Notes under the pieces: generated by a model
The model's database searches: none
What the model was told of the DNA's origin: nothing
What the model saw: only the letters and a program-made list of their open reading frames with translations
Made by a program: the position numbers and the translations under genes
Assembly (NCBI GenBank): GCA_038213805.1
Contig: JBBQSO010000105.1
Location: forward strand, 1-17,435
DNA length: 17,435 nt
Reading direction: 5' to 3'
Source: Planctomycetota bacterium
Lineage (GTDB): Bacteria > Planctomycetota > UBA11346
Shown: piece by piece, positions 1 through 8,648 of the stretch
Numbering within the stretch: position 1 is the stretch's first letter
How the letters are laid out: every line of letters starts with the position of its first letter

Positions 1-46
1 GATGTGTCGCCCGCTCCGCGGGCTATCGACGCACACAATCAGCCTG

Positions 47-65
47 ACTTGTGGGTAATGGGTAG
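47..65 (-). mobile_element. Orphan IS4/IS50-like terminal inverted repeat (right-end type)
   Basis: The reverse complement CTACCCATTACCCACAAGT is identical to the 19-mer abutting the transposase stop at 17298-17316 and matches the Tn5 outside end CTGACTCTTATACACAAGT at 13/19 positions. A TGA overlaps it, as in the gene-bearing copy. Confidence 0.75.
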
Positions 66-108
66 GGCTCGCGCCCTGGGCTAGTGGATGCCGCCCGCTC
101 CGCGGGCT

Positions 109-178
109 TTGGGCAGGTGCATTTCGAGGTTATTTTCCCGCGAATTTCGTCAATATTCGAGATGTGGGTAATGGGTAG
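109..178 (-). mobile_element. IS50-like end variant (probable left end) with about 50 bp of AT-rich interior
   Basis: 160-178 reverse-complements to CTACCCATTACCCACATCT, whose CACATCT 3' part resembles the Tn5 mosaic end. The interior on the - strand reads TTGACG-N15-TAACCT, which looks like an inward-facing promoter. Confidence 0.55.
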
Positions 179-317
179 GGCGGGGGCCCTGGGCTACGAT
201 GTGTCGCCCGCTCCGCGGGCTATCGACGCACACAATCAGCCTGACTTGTGGGTATTGGGCACGGCGGTTCCCTTGGCTTCCCACCGGTCGCGCCGTCGGC
301 ACTCGCGCCACACCCCC

Positions 318-740
318 TCACCGCTTCCGCCGCTGCTCCTGCAAGGCCAGCACCAGTTTGCGCAGATCGGCGAGCGGCAAGGCGCGCAGGCCGCCGATGC
401 GCGTGTTGAGTTCGGCGCCCGCAAGGGTGACGAGCTGGTCGACGGTAAGGATGGCGATGTCGACTTCGATCCGCCCCGCCGCCGGCGCCTCGACCGCGCC
501 GCCGACGCGCTTCCCGAGCGCCGCCGGTTTCTTGCGGAACAGCAGGTAACAGATGGTCTTCTGACTGCGACCCTTCTCTGTGAGCTGTTGAAAGCGCGCG
601 AAGTGCCGCGGGCTCAACCGCACCAGCACCGCCCGCCCGCCGGTGGATCGCCGGGACTGCCAGTTCGAGACGTAGTAGACCCAGCCGTCGCGCTCGCTGA
701 AGATGGCGTCCTTCGGAAGCTGAACTGCAGGCGTGGCCAT
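318..740 (-). CDS. Hypothetical basic protein (140 aa), C-terminus weakly resembling a Rho N-terminal/HEH-type helical domain
   Basis: ATG at 740 is preceded by a GGAGGA RBS. Composition is protein-like from MATPAVQLPKDAIFSERDGWVYY. The longer track ORF (to 842) just reads through heptamer repeats. Confidence 0.75.
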   Translation of the reverse strand: MATPAVQLPKDAIFSERDGWVYYVSNWQSRRSTGGRAVLVRLSPRHFARFQQLTEKGRSQKTICYLLFRKKPAALGKRVGGAVEAPAAGRIEVDIAILTVDQLVTLAGAELNTRIGGLRALPLADLRKLVLALQEQRRKR

Positions 741-798
741 GGCGGAGTCCTCCGTGGGGTGATGGAGCCGGATGCCGGGACGGAACCAGCGGACATGC

Positions 799-859
799 GC
801 TGCGAGCTGCGAGCTGCGCAACTCGCAACTCGCAACTCGCAACTCGCAACTCGCAACTC
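799..859. repeat. Heptamer tandem/inverted repeat cluster
   Basis: (GCTGCGA)x2.7 is followed by (GCAACTC)x6. The two blocks are near-complementary and can fold back. The cluster sits immediately after the symporter stop. Confidence 0.9.
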
Positions 860-1846
860 CTACGCCGCACCCTCCCCGGAGTTGCCCCCCACCTCACCGA
901 CCCTCTCCGGCATCCCCACCCAGCGACCCACGATCACCACGCCGATGACCATCGGCACCTGCATCAGCACCGAAGGCAGCAGCAGGTGGGCGTCGCCAGG
1001 GAAGAACTGGATGGCGACGACCAGGGACAGGCCGTTGTTCATGTAGACGGTTGAGCAGGCCATGCTCACACCACGGTCACGGCCCAGCCAGACGCGCATC
1101 AGCCGGCTGGCGAGGATGAAGAAGCCACTCGCCGCGCACACCAGCAGCAGCGGCTCGAGCAGTTGCTGCGCCGTCCAGCCTGCCCAGGCGTGGCGGTTGC
1201 AGGCGATCGACAGGGTGATCAGCGGGCACAGGCAGGCGATCGCCGCGGGTGACAGGCGGTGCTGGTTGCGCTCGACCAGGCGCGGCGCCATGCCGCGGAT
1301 GACCTGCGCGAGCGTGAAGGGCGTGCCCAGCAGCAGCACGATGTACAGCGCCTGCATCGCGAACAACGCAGACTCGCTGGGCTGGCCGGGAACGTGCTGG
1401 CCGATGCCGAACAGGTGCAGCATGGTCGGCGCGGTCAACGGGCAGATCAGGCTGCCTCCAAACAGCAGCAGCAGCGCCAGGCCGCGCTCACCGCCATAGA
1501 GGTCGGCGAAGGCCAGACTCGACAATCCGCCCGGCATCATCCCGACCAGCAGCATCCCCGGCGCCCACTCCGGGGCTACGGCCAGGGTCGCAGCGTAGGG
1601 GATCAGGGGCAGCAGCAGCAGCTTGAGGACGATCAGCGCGCTGAGGCGCGGCAGCGCCCCGGGCTCAAGGAAGGCCGCACGCACCTGGCCGAGGCTGACC
1701 TTGAGGCTGGAGCAGAACAGGATCCCGCCAAGCAGCACCGGCACCAGCGGCTTCAGCGCGGTGAAATCGCCGGGCAGCAAGAAGCCGGCGACCAGGGCTA
1801 TATAGGCGGGGATCCAGAAGGCCGAGCCGAGCAGACGCGCGAGCAC
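860..1846 (-). CDS. Bile acid:sodium symporter (BASS/SBF) family transporter
   Basis: About 9-10 hydrophobic segments and family-like motifs (LKLLLLPL, MPGGLSSLAFADLYGGERGLAL, YMNNGLSL). GTG start at 1846 has AAGGA upstream; 328 aa. Confidence 0.85.
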   Translation of the reverse strand: MLARLLGSAFWIPAYIALVAGFLLPGDFTALKPLVPVLLGGILFCSSLKVSLGQVRAAFLEPGALPRLSALIVLKLLLLPLIPYAATLAVAPEWAPGMLLVGMMPGGLSSLAFADLYGGERGLALLLLFGGSLICPLTAPTMLHLFGIGQHVPGQPSESALFAMQALYIVLLLGTPFTLAQVIRGMAPRLVERNQHRLSPAAIACLCPLITLSIACNRHAWAGWTAQQLLEPLLLVCAASGFFILASRLMRVWLGRDRGVSMACSTVYMNNGLSLVVAIQFFPGDAHLLLPSVLMQVPMVIGVVIVGRWVGMPERVGEVGGNSGEGAA

Positions 1847-1995
1847 GATGGGGGTCCTTGCCGGGCGGACGGGCCGCGGCTGGGGTGATGGTGGGGCCCG
1901 CCCGCCCACCGCCAGGGGCGAGTGCCGGTCGACTCCGGGCGGATTCGCGAGTACAACCTTAGCCGGGAACACCGCCCTCCGCCCCACCTGCGCCG

Positions 1996-3186
1996 ATGAA
2001 CTCGCCCTCTGACCACCTGTTGTTCGGAAAATTGCTGCTCGAGAAGCGCCTGATCAGCGCCGAGCAGCTGGACCAGTGCCTCCGTCTGCAGGTCGCGCAG
2101 GCCGAGACCGGCGAGCCCCACCGCACCCTCGGCGACCTGCTCATGGAGCTGGGCCTGATCGACCGCGAGCAGCTCGAGGCGACGCTCTCGGAACAGCGCC
2201 GGCGCCTGGTGCTGACCACCATCGGCCCTTACGTGCTGGTCGACCGCCTCGGCCAGGGCGGCATGGGCACGGTCTACCGCGCCCAGGTGCCGAACACCGC
2301 CACGCGCGTGGCGCTCAAGCTGCTGCCCAAGCATCTCGCGGGCGACCCCAACTACCTCTCGCGCTTCCGTCGCGAGGCCCAGATCGGCGTCGGCATGGTC
2401 CACCCGCACATCGTGCGCGCGGTGGACTTCGGCGAGTACAAGGGCACCTACTACCTGGCCATGGAGATCGTCGAGGGCGGCACCCTCGAGCAGCGCCTCG
2501 AGGACCTCGGTGCGCTCAGCGAGCGCAGCGCGCTGGGGATCGCCCGCGACCTGCTCGACGCGCTCGAGTACGCGCATCGCCGCGGCCTGGTGCACCGCGA
2601 CGTCAAGCCCTCGAACATCCTCTTCGACCTGCAGGGCGTGGCCAAGCTCAGCGACTTTGGCCTGAGCAAGGCCTCGGCCCCGGACCCTTCCTTCATGCTC
2701 GAGCACGGCCGCACGGTGGGCACTCCGCATTACATGGCGCCCGAGCAGGCCAAGGGCCAGGAGGTCGACGGCCGCGCCGATCTCTACGCGCTGGGCGCGA
2801 CGCTCTACCACGCGGTCACCGGGCGGTCGCCATTCAACGCCTCATCCGCGCATGGCCAGATGCAGGCCCAGGTCACCCAGGATGCGCCACCGCCGGAATC
2901 CATCAATCCCGACATCAGCCCGGCCTGCAGCCGGTTGATCCGCACCTTCATGGCCAAGGACCGCGGCCTGCGCCCGCCTTCCGCGCTCGCCGCCCTGGCC
3001 GATGTCGAGCGCGTGCTGCGTGGCGAGCAGCCGGCGACCCCGGGCCCACGCAACTTCGGCATTAAGCGTTCGACCACGGTGCGCGGCAGCCAGGCGCGTA
3101 CGCCGCTGCCCGCCTGGCTGGTGCCCGCCCTGGCCGCGCTGGTGGTGATGCTGGCGGCGACGGTGATCTGGCTGCTGGTGCGGTGA
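1996..3186 (+). CDS. Hanks-type Ser/Thr protein kinase with N-terminal MshEN-like tandem motif and C-terminal TM anchor
   Basis: Kinase motifs LGQGGMGTVY, VALK, HRDVKPSN, DFG, GTPHYMAPE and DLYALG are all intact. The N-terminus has two LGxxLxxxGLIxxxQLxxxLxxQ-like motifs, and the C-terminus is a hydrophobic helix. Confidence 0.95.
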   Translation: MNSPSDHLLFGKLLLEKRLISAEQLDQCLRLQVAQAETGEPHRTLGDLLMELGLIDREQLEATLSEQRRRLVLTTIGPYVLVDRLGQGGMGTVYRAQVPNTATRVALKLLPKHLAGDPNYLSRFRREAQIGVGMVHPHIVRAVDFGEYKGTYYLAMEIVEGGTLEQRLEDLGALSERSALGIARDLLDALEYAHRRGLVHRDVKPSNILFDLQGVAKLSDFGLSKASAPDPSFMLEHGRTVGTPHYMAPEQAKGQEVDGRADLYALGATLYHAVTGRSPFNASSAHGQMQAQVTQDAPPPESINPDISPACSRLIRTFMAKDRGLRPPSALAALADVERVLRGEQPATPGPRNFGIKRSTTVRGSQARTPLPAWLVPALAALVVMLAATVIWLLVR

Positions 3187-3207
3187 GCGTGCAGTTGTGA
3201 GCGTCGG

Positions 3208-3243
3208 GCTGCGAGCTGCGCGTCACGACGCGCAGCTCGCAGC
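3208..3243. terminator. Perfect 17-bp inverted repeat between convergent genes (heptamer-derived hairpin, possible bidirectional terminator)
   Basis: GCTGCGAGCTGCGCGTC-AC-GACGCGCAGCTCGCAGC lies between the kinase stop (3186) and the surface-protein stop (3261). There is no U-tract, so terminator function is inferred only. Confidence 0.55.
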
Positions 3244-3260
3244 TCGACACTCGCGGCTCT

Positions 3261-6200
3261 TCAGCTATCTCCGACCGGCACTGGCGGGAGTTCCGGCTCG
3301 ATGACCACCACCACCGCAGCGTCGGGATCGCTTACGGCGAAATCGGCGGTGGCGGCGATGACCACGGTCGCGTCACCGGTCAGCGTGCCGTCGGCGACGG
3401 TGCTGAGCACGATGGTCGCCTCCAGCGCGCCGGCCGGGATGACCAGGACCACGACCGCGAGGGCATAGTCGGCCGGATCGGCGCTGCCGGAGCTGGCCAG
3501 GACCACGTTGACATCGCGCACCGCCGCGCGGTCGAGCCGCACGGTGAGCGTGGTGGCGGCGCCGGCCGTGACGAAGGCGTCCGCGGCGGTCAGCGACAGC
3601 ACCGGCATGCCAGCGTCGGTGATGGCCACACCGACCTGGCTCGGATCGCCGGGTAGCGCGTGCTGGACGCCGACGATGGCGACCGCGACCAGCTGGTCCC
3701 CGTCGGCCAGACCGTCGTCCTGCGCTGCCAGCTGCACGCTGCCAGCCAGCAGGCCGGCGGGGATGACGATGACCGGTGCGGTCAGCAGGCCTTGGGCGGC
3801 GCCGGCAGCGAGGGACACGGTGACCGCGCGGCCGCACGGTGCGGACAGCGTGGCAGTGATCGTCGCCACACCGCCGGCCTCGGCGATGACCGCCTGGTCG
3901 ACGGCCAGCGCCACCAGCGGCGGCGCGTCGTCGTCGACGATCAGCGCCACCAGCGGTTCGACCATGGCGTCATCGGCACCGACCACCGCTGCGATGTGCA
4001 ACGCCAGTGCCTCGGTGCCCTCAAAAAGCTGATCGTCGACGGCCATAAGCGTGACGCTGGCACTCAGCGCACCCGCGGGGATGACGATCAGGGGTGCCGA
4101 CAGCTGCCAGTCGTCCGCGCTGGCCGGCTCCGCGCCATCCGCCAGCGGATCGGCGGTCACGGGTGCGGCCGTGACGTCGGGATCGGCGCCGCCCGGCGCG
4201 GCGGGCGCGCTCGCCGGCACGCTCACGCCCAGCGCGCCGATCACCACGGTCACGTCCGTGGCCGCCGGCACCGACAGCGTGGCGGTGAGCGTGGCCGTGC
4301 CGCCGGCCTCGACCAGCACGCTGGCATCCAGCGCCAGGGTCACGGTCGGCTGCGGTTCGTCATCGACGATCAGGATGCCCACCGCACCGCCACCAACCAC
4401 CGCACCGCTGGCGGCCAACCCGGTCACGACCACGACCTCGTCGCCCTGGTGGAGTCCATCGTCGTGACCAGTGAGCGCGATGCCGCCACCCAGCGCCCCG
4501 GCCGGGATGACGATCCGCGTCGCGCCGGCGTCGTAGCGGCCCTCCGCGCCGCTGAAGCCGAGGGTGACGGTCACTTCAGCGTCGGCCGGACCTGACAGCG
4601 TGGCGGCGAGGGAGGTGGCGCCGCCGTTCTCAGCGATCGCGGCCGCGCCAGCGGCGAGCGTCACCATCGGCAGGGTCTCGTCGTCGACCACGGTCACCAC
4701 CGCGGTCGCGGGCGAGGCCACCGCTCCCGTCCCGATGACGATCCCGATGGTCAGCGCGCGATCGCCTTCGTAGACGGCGTCATCGACCGCAGTCAGCGTC
4801 GTCGTCGCGGACAGCGCCCCCGCGGGGATCTCCAGCGTCGTCGTGGCCAGCGCATAGCGCCCAGCTGCCACCCCGTCGTCGGTGGTCAGCGCGACGACGA
4901 CCGGTGTGCTGCTCGCACCCGACAGCGCCACCGTCAGCGTCGCCACGCCGCCGGCCTCGGCGATTTCGGCAAGATCTGTGCTCAGGATCGCCGTCGGCAG
5001 CGGCTCATCATCGGCGAGGATCGCGACCACGCCCCCTCCCAGACTGATCACGCCGGGGGCGGACAGCAGGGCGATCGCCACCGCCTGGTCGCCCTGGTGC
5101 ACGGCGTCATCGCGCCCGGTCAGGGTGATGCTGCCGCTCAGCGCCCCCGCCGGGATGATGATCTGCTGGCCCGAGGTCGCATAGCGCCCCGGCGCCGCCG
5201 CACCCCCGAAGCCGAGGGTCACCACTACCGCGTCGGCGCACGGTCCGGACAGCACGGCGCTGATCGTGGCCACGCCGCCGTTCTCGGCAAAGGGGCTGCC
5301 GGCCACGTCCAGGGCCACGGTGGGCACACTCTCGTCGTCGCCCACCGTGATGGCGAGCGGAGTCGCATCCGGCTGCATCTGCGCACCCACCACCGCGCCC
5401 AGCGCCAGGTGCAGGACGCGATCACCCTCGTAGAGCGCGTCGTCGACGCCGGACAGGTGCGTGGTCGCGCTGAGCGCACCGGCCGGAATGGTCAGCAGCG
5501 CGTCCTCTAGCAGGTAGCGGCCCGCCGCCACGCCGCCGTCGGCCACCAGCGGCACGCGCACCGCAACGCTCGTTGGGCCGGAGAGCGTGGCCGTGAGTTG
5601 CGCCACACCACCGGCCTCGGCTACGGTTGCCACATCGGTTGCGAGAGTGACGAACGGCACCGCTTCGTCATCGGCGATGGTCACGGTCACCATCGCGGGC
5701 GCGCCCACGCTGGCACCAGCCACCGCGCCGATGCCGATCGTCAGGCCCTGATCGCCGTCGTGGATGGCATCATCGACCGCGGTGAGCGTCGCCGTGGTTG
5801 CCAAGGCGCCGGCGGGGATGGTCAGCTGCGTGCTCGACACCACATAGCGCCCGGTCGCGACCCCAGCGGTGACGGTCAGCGCCATCTGCACCGGCACGGT
5901 GGTCGCGGTCGACAGGGTGGCGGTCAGCGTGGCCACGCCACCCCGCTCGTCCACGGTGGCGGTATCCGCCGCCAGGGTCACCACCGGCACCGGCTCATCG
6001 TCACTCTCGACCAGGGCGACCGCGGACGCGCCGGACGCGGCCTGTGCTCCGCTGACCGTGGCGATGCTGACGGTCAGCGTCTGGTCGCCCTCGTGGACGT
6101 CATCATCCACGCCGGTGACGGTGGCGCTGACGGCGAGCGCGCCGGCGGGGATGATCACGGTTGACGGCGCAAGACGCCAACGCGCGGTCGCCACACCGCC

Positions 6201-8288
6201 AGCGACCAGCTCCACGGTGACGTCGGTCGCGGCCGGCGCGGACAGCGTGGCGATGACGGTGGCGGCACCGCCATGCTCGCTGAACGGCGCGCCTTGCGCG
6301 CTCAGCGATACCTGGATGGGCACCGGCGCGGGATCGTCGTCGACGATGGTCAGGGTGACGCCGGCGCCGGCGGCGGTGCCGCCATTGACCGCGGCGATGG
6401 TGACGGCCAAGGCCGCGTCGCCGTCGTGGGCGGAATTGTCGATCGCGGCGACCACCACGCTGCCGGCCAACGCACCGGCCGGGATGACGATGGTCGTAGC
6501 TGAGGCGGCGTAGCGCTCCGCCGGGGCCCCGCCGAAGGCCAGGGTCACCGTCACCGCGGCGCTGGAAGGATTGGCCAGGCTCGCCTGGACGCCGAGCTGG
6601 CCACCGTGCTCCGGCAGCACACCACCCTGCGGCAGGGACAGCGTCACGGTCGGCAGCGGATCGTCGTTGCGGATGGTGCCCAGGGCCACCGCGGTAGCGA
6701 TGGTCGCCGGCACGTTGGGCAGCAGGGTCAGAGTGGTTCCGGCGAAGTTCGCCACCGCGACATCGGTGCGCGCGTCACCGGTAAGCAGGCCCGTGGCCAC
6801 GGCCACCGGACCGGCTCCGACCGCATAATCGCTGCGCGCGGCAAAGGCGGGATCGCCACCGGCGACGCCGAGGCTGCGCAGCACCGAGATGGTGTTGCTG
6901 GTCTGGTTGACGGTGATCAGCTCCGCCCGCCCGTCGCCGTCGAGATCGGCGGTGGCGATCGCCACGGCCCCAGCACGGATCGGCACGGTCAGCACCGGGC
7001 CGAACGCGGTCGTCGCCGCTCCGACCGGGGTGAGATTGCGCAGCACCAGGGCGTGACTGGTGCCCGGCACCAGCACGGCGAGATCGGCGAGACCGTCGCC
7101 GGTGAGATCCTGCGCTGCGAGATCGACGCAGCCGCCTTCCATGGCAGCGCCGCCTGCGGCGATGAACGTCGGCGTTCCACCCGCCGGCGTGGCGTTGGCC
7201 AGCACCACGACCGTACCGGAACCCGCCACCCCGGGGGTGCCGGCGCCGAGCACCGCCAGGTCGGGGCGGCCATCACCGGTGAGTTCGGCGCAGGCCAGCG
7301 CGCACGGTCCGGTGCCGACCGGGATACTGCGCGCCACCAGGGCCAGCGCGGTGGTGCCGCGCACGGTGAGATTCTGCAGCACCTGCACCTGCCCGGACAC
7401 CACCACCGCCAGGTCGGTGAGACCATCCTGGTCGAAGTCTCCCGCGGCGAGGGCGAGCGGCAGGCCGTGCAGATCAAACGCGCTGGCGGTGAAGGCGGGG
7501 ACGGAGGCGCCGGACGGCGTGGTGTTGAACAGCACGGTGAGCGTCGCCCGGGTACCCCCGCTGAGGTCCTGGCTGATCACCGCGAGATCGAGCCGGCCGT
7601 CGCCGTTGAAATCGCCGGCCACCACCGCCACCGGTGCCGGGCCGGTGGCGAAGGCCACTGCGGGCGCGCTGGTCATCACCGCCGCGCCGGGCACGGTGGT
7701 GTTCAGCAGCACCGTGACCGTGCTGTCATCGCTGTCGACGCTGACCAGGTCGCAGCGGCCATCACCGTTCAGATCGCGGGCAAGCACCGCGTGCGGGCTG
7801 CTGCCACAGCGCAGGCTCTGACGGGTCGCGAAGTTCATGCCCGGACCATTCACCGCGCTGATGCCGGTCAGCCGCAGCTGCACGGTCTCATCGCGTTCCC
7901 AGATGCGATCACCCAGCACCGGCACATGCACCACCGCCGCGGTCGCGCCAGCGGCGATGGTGACGGTGCCGCTGGTGGCGGTATAGTCGCTGCCGGCGCT
8001 GGCAGAACCGTCGACGGTGGCGAAGCCGACCACCACCTCGGCCCCGGTATCGCCGCTGCGGGTGATGGGGAAATCAAGATTGGTGATGCCGCTGTCGCCT
8101 TCCTGCACCGCCGTCGCGCCGACTGCGATGCGCGCATCCTCGGCCTCGGCCGGTGGCCCGCACAAGGCGCCAAGCAGTGCCACCAAGCCCGCAGCCAGGG
8201 TGCCGCGGCGACCGCGCACGCTCACTCCGCTTGCGCGTGGAAGCGTTGATGACCACCGGGACGCGCCGTGCCGACTGTGCCTGCCCAT
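3261..8288 (-). CDS. Large secreted/surface protein: FG-GAP (VCBS-like) beta-propeller plus about 11 Calx-beta-like repeats; putative adhesin
   Basis: AAGGAG RBS before ATG 8288 and a signal-peptide-like N-terminus ending AEA. There are seven DxxGDGxxDL-type repeats (DLNGDGRCDL, DFNGDGRLDL, DFDQDGLTDL, DLDGDGRAEL and others). These are followed by roughly 110-aa repeats (ExGG...IPAGALS...DD..EGD...TIxDDE). Confidence 0.92.
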   Translation of the reverse strand: MGRHSRHGASRWSSTLPRASGVSVRGRRGTLAAGLVALLGALCGPPAEAEDARIAVGATAVQEGDSGITNLDFPITRSGDTGAEVVVGFATVDGSASAGSDYTATSGTVTIAAGATAAVVHVPVLGDRIWERDETVQLRLTGISAVNGPGMNFATRQSLRCGSSPHAVLARDLNGDGRCDLVSVDSDDSTVTVLLNTTVPGAAVMTSAPAVAFATGPAPVAVVAGDFNGDGRLDLAVISQDLSGGTRATLTVLFNTTPSGASVPAFTASAFDLHGLPLALAAGDFDQDGLTDLAVVVSGQVQVLQNLTVRGTTALALVARSIPVGTGPCALACAELTGDGRPDLAVLGAGTPGVAGSGTVVVLANATPAGGTPTFIAAGGAAMEGGCVDLAAQDLTGDGLADLAVLVPGTSHALVLRNLTPVGAATTAFGPVLTVPIRAGAVAIATADLDGDGRAELITVNQTSNTISVLRSLGVAGGDPAFAARSDYAVGAGPVAVATGLLTGDARTDVAVANFAGTTLTLLPNVPATIATAVALGTIRNDDPLPTVTLSLPQGGVLPEHGGQLGVQASLANPSSAAVTVTLAFGGAPAERYAASATTIVIPAGALAGSVVVAAIDNSAHDGDAALAVTIAAVNGGTAAGAGVTLTIVDDDPAPVPIQVSLSAQGAPFSEHGGAATVIATLSAPAATDVTVELVAGGVATARWRLAPSTVIIPAGALAVSATVTGVDDDVHEGDQTLTVSIATVSGAQAASGASAVALVESDDEPVPVVTLAADTATVDERGGVATLTATLSTATTVPVQMALTVTAGVATGRYVVSSTQLTIPAGALATTATLTAVDDAIHDGDQGLTIGIGAVAGASVGAPAMVTVTIADDEAVPFVTLATDVATVAEAGGVAQLTATLSGPTSVAVRVPLVADGGVAAGRYLLEDALLTIPAGALSATTHLSGVDDALYEGDRVLHLALGAVVGAQMQPDATPLAITVGDDESVPTVALDVAGSPFAENGGVATISAVLSGPCADAVVVTLGFGGAAAPGRYATSGQQIIIPAGALSGSITLTGRDDAVHQGDQAVAIALLSAPGVISLGGGVVAILADDEPLPTAILSTDLAEIAEAGGVATLTVALSGASSTPVVVALTTDDGVAAGRYALATTTLEIPAGALSATTTLTAVDDAVYEGDRALTIGIVIGTGAVASPATAVVTVVDDETLPMVTLAAGAAAIAENGGATSLAATLSGPADAEVTVTLGFSGAEGRYDAGATRIVIPAGALGGGIALTGHDDGLHQGDEVVVVTGLAASGAVVGGGAVGILIVDDEPQPTVTLALDASVLVEAGGTATLTATLSVPAATDVTVVIGALGVSVPASAPAAPGGADPDVTAAPVTADPLADGAEPASADDWQLSAPLIVIPAGALSASVTLMAVDDQLFEGTEALALHIAAVVGADDAMVEPLVALIVDDDAPPLVALAVDQAVIAEAGGVATITATLSAPCGRAVTVSLAAGAAQGLLTAPVIVIPAGLLAGSVQLAAQDDGLADGDQLVAVAIVGVQHALPGDPSQVGVAITDAGMPVLSLTAADAFVTAGAATTLTVRLDRAAVRDVNVVLASSGSADPADYALAVVVLVIPAGALEATIVLSTVADGTLTGDATVVIAATADFAVSDPDAAVVVVIEPELPPVPVGDS

Positions 8289-8576
8289 GGTCCGCTCCTT
8301 TGCCGTCTACGCGTACTTTCCCGTGACTCCGCCGAACTTCCTGCTTTCGCCCCGAATGCCTGGAGGCAATCGGCTGACCATATGCCAACCGCCGCAGGGG
8401 TGAAGGAATTTGTTCCGATCCCTGCCTGCAGCCGCCGCCGCGTATCACGCAGAAATACGGTGAAATCAGGGCATTCCGCGCTTTACGGGCAGATGCGCCC
8501 TTGACCGCGCACCGCTTGCACCAGGTGCGGCGTTCGGAAGGTTCGCCGGTCGGGCCGCCATTCGGAAATAGGTGAG

Positions 8577-8648
8577 AGTTGCGAGACGCGAGACGCGAGA
8601 CGCGAGAGACTGCAAACAACTGACAACCAACTGCGGACTGCGGACTGC
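8577..8648. repeat. Heptamer repeats (GCGAGAC)x3+ and (CTGCGGA)x2.5
   Basis: Directly visible tandem 7-mers in the intergenic region upstream of the surface protein. Confidence 0.8.

Larger units (their letters stand above)
1..278. repeat. Left-edge array of REP-like double hairpins fused to 19-bp IS50-like ends
   Basis: The unit [A(CT/GA)TGTGGGTAATGGGTAG]-GGC-N4-GCCCTGGGCTA-N-GCCCGCTCCGCGGGCT occurs at 47-108 and 160-221. There is a partial copy at 1-24 and a degenerate copy at 244-278. Positions 1-57 are an exact direct repeat of 198-254. Confidence 0.85.

Noticed and set aside
1..278. CRISPR array
   Set aside because: Units are about 60 bp, spacers are unequal and one is duplicated, no cas genes are present, and the unit decomposes into an IS end plus a REP.
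84..1046. 320-aa plus-strand ORF and other long overlapping ORFs (e.g. 1798-2811, 6606-8249, 8707-9807, 9197-10711, 10742-11929, 14170-15150)
   Set aside because: These are antisense or frame-shifted shadows of well-supported genes in high-GC DNA, Arg/Ala/Pro-rich or reading through repeats, with no motifs.
8289..8576. c-di-GMP riboswitch or sigma54 promoter upstream of the adhesin-like gene
   Set aside because: No GEMM-type motif was recognised. TGGCATATGGTCAGC on the minus strand has GG-N10-GC spacing but lacks the TTGC element, which is too weak to call.
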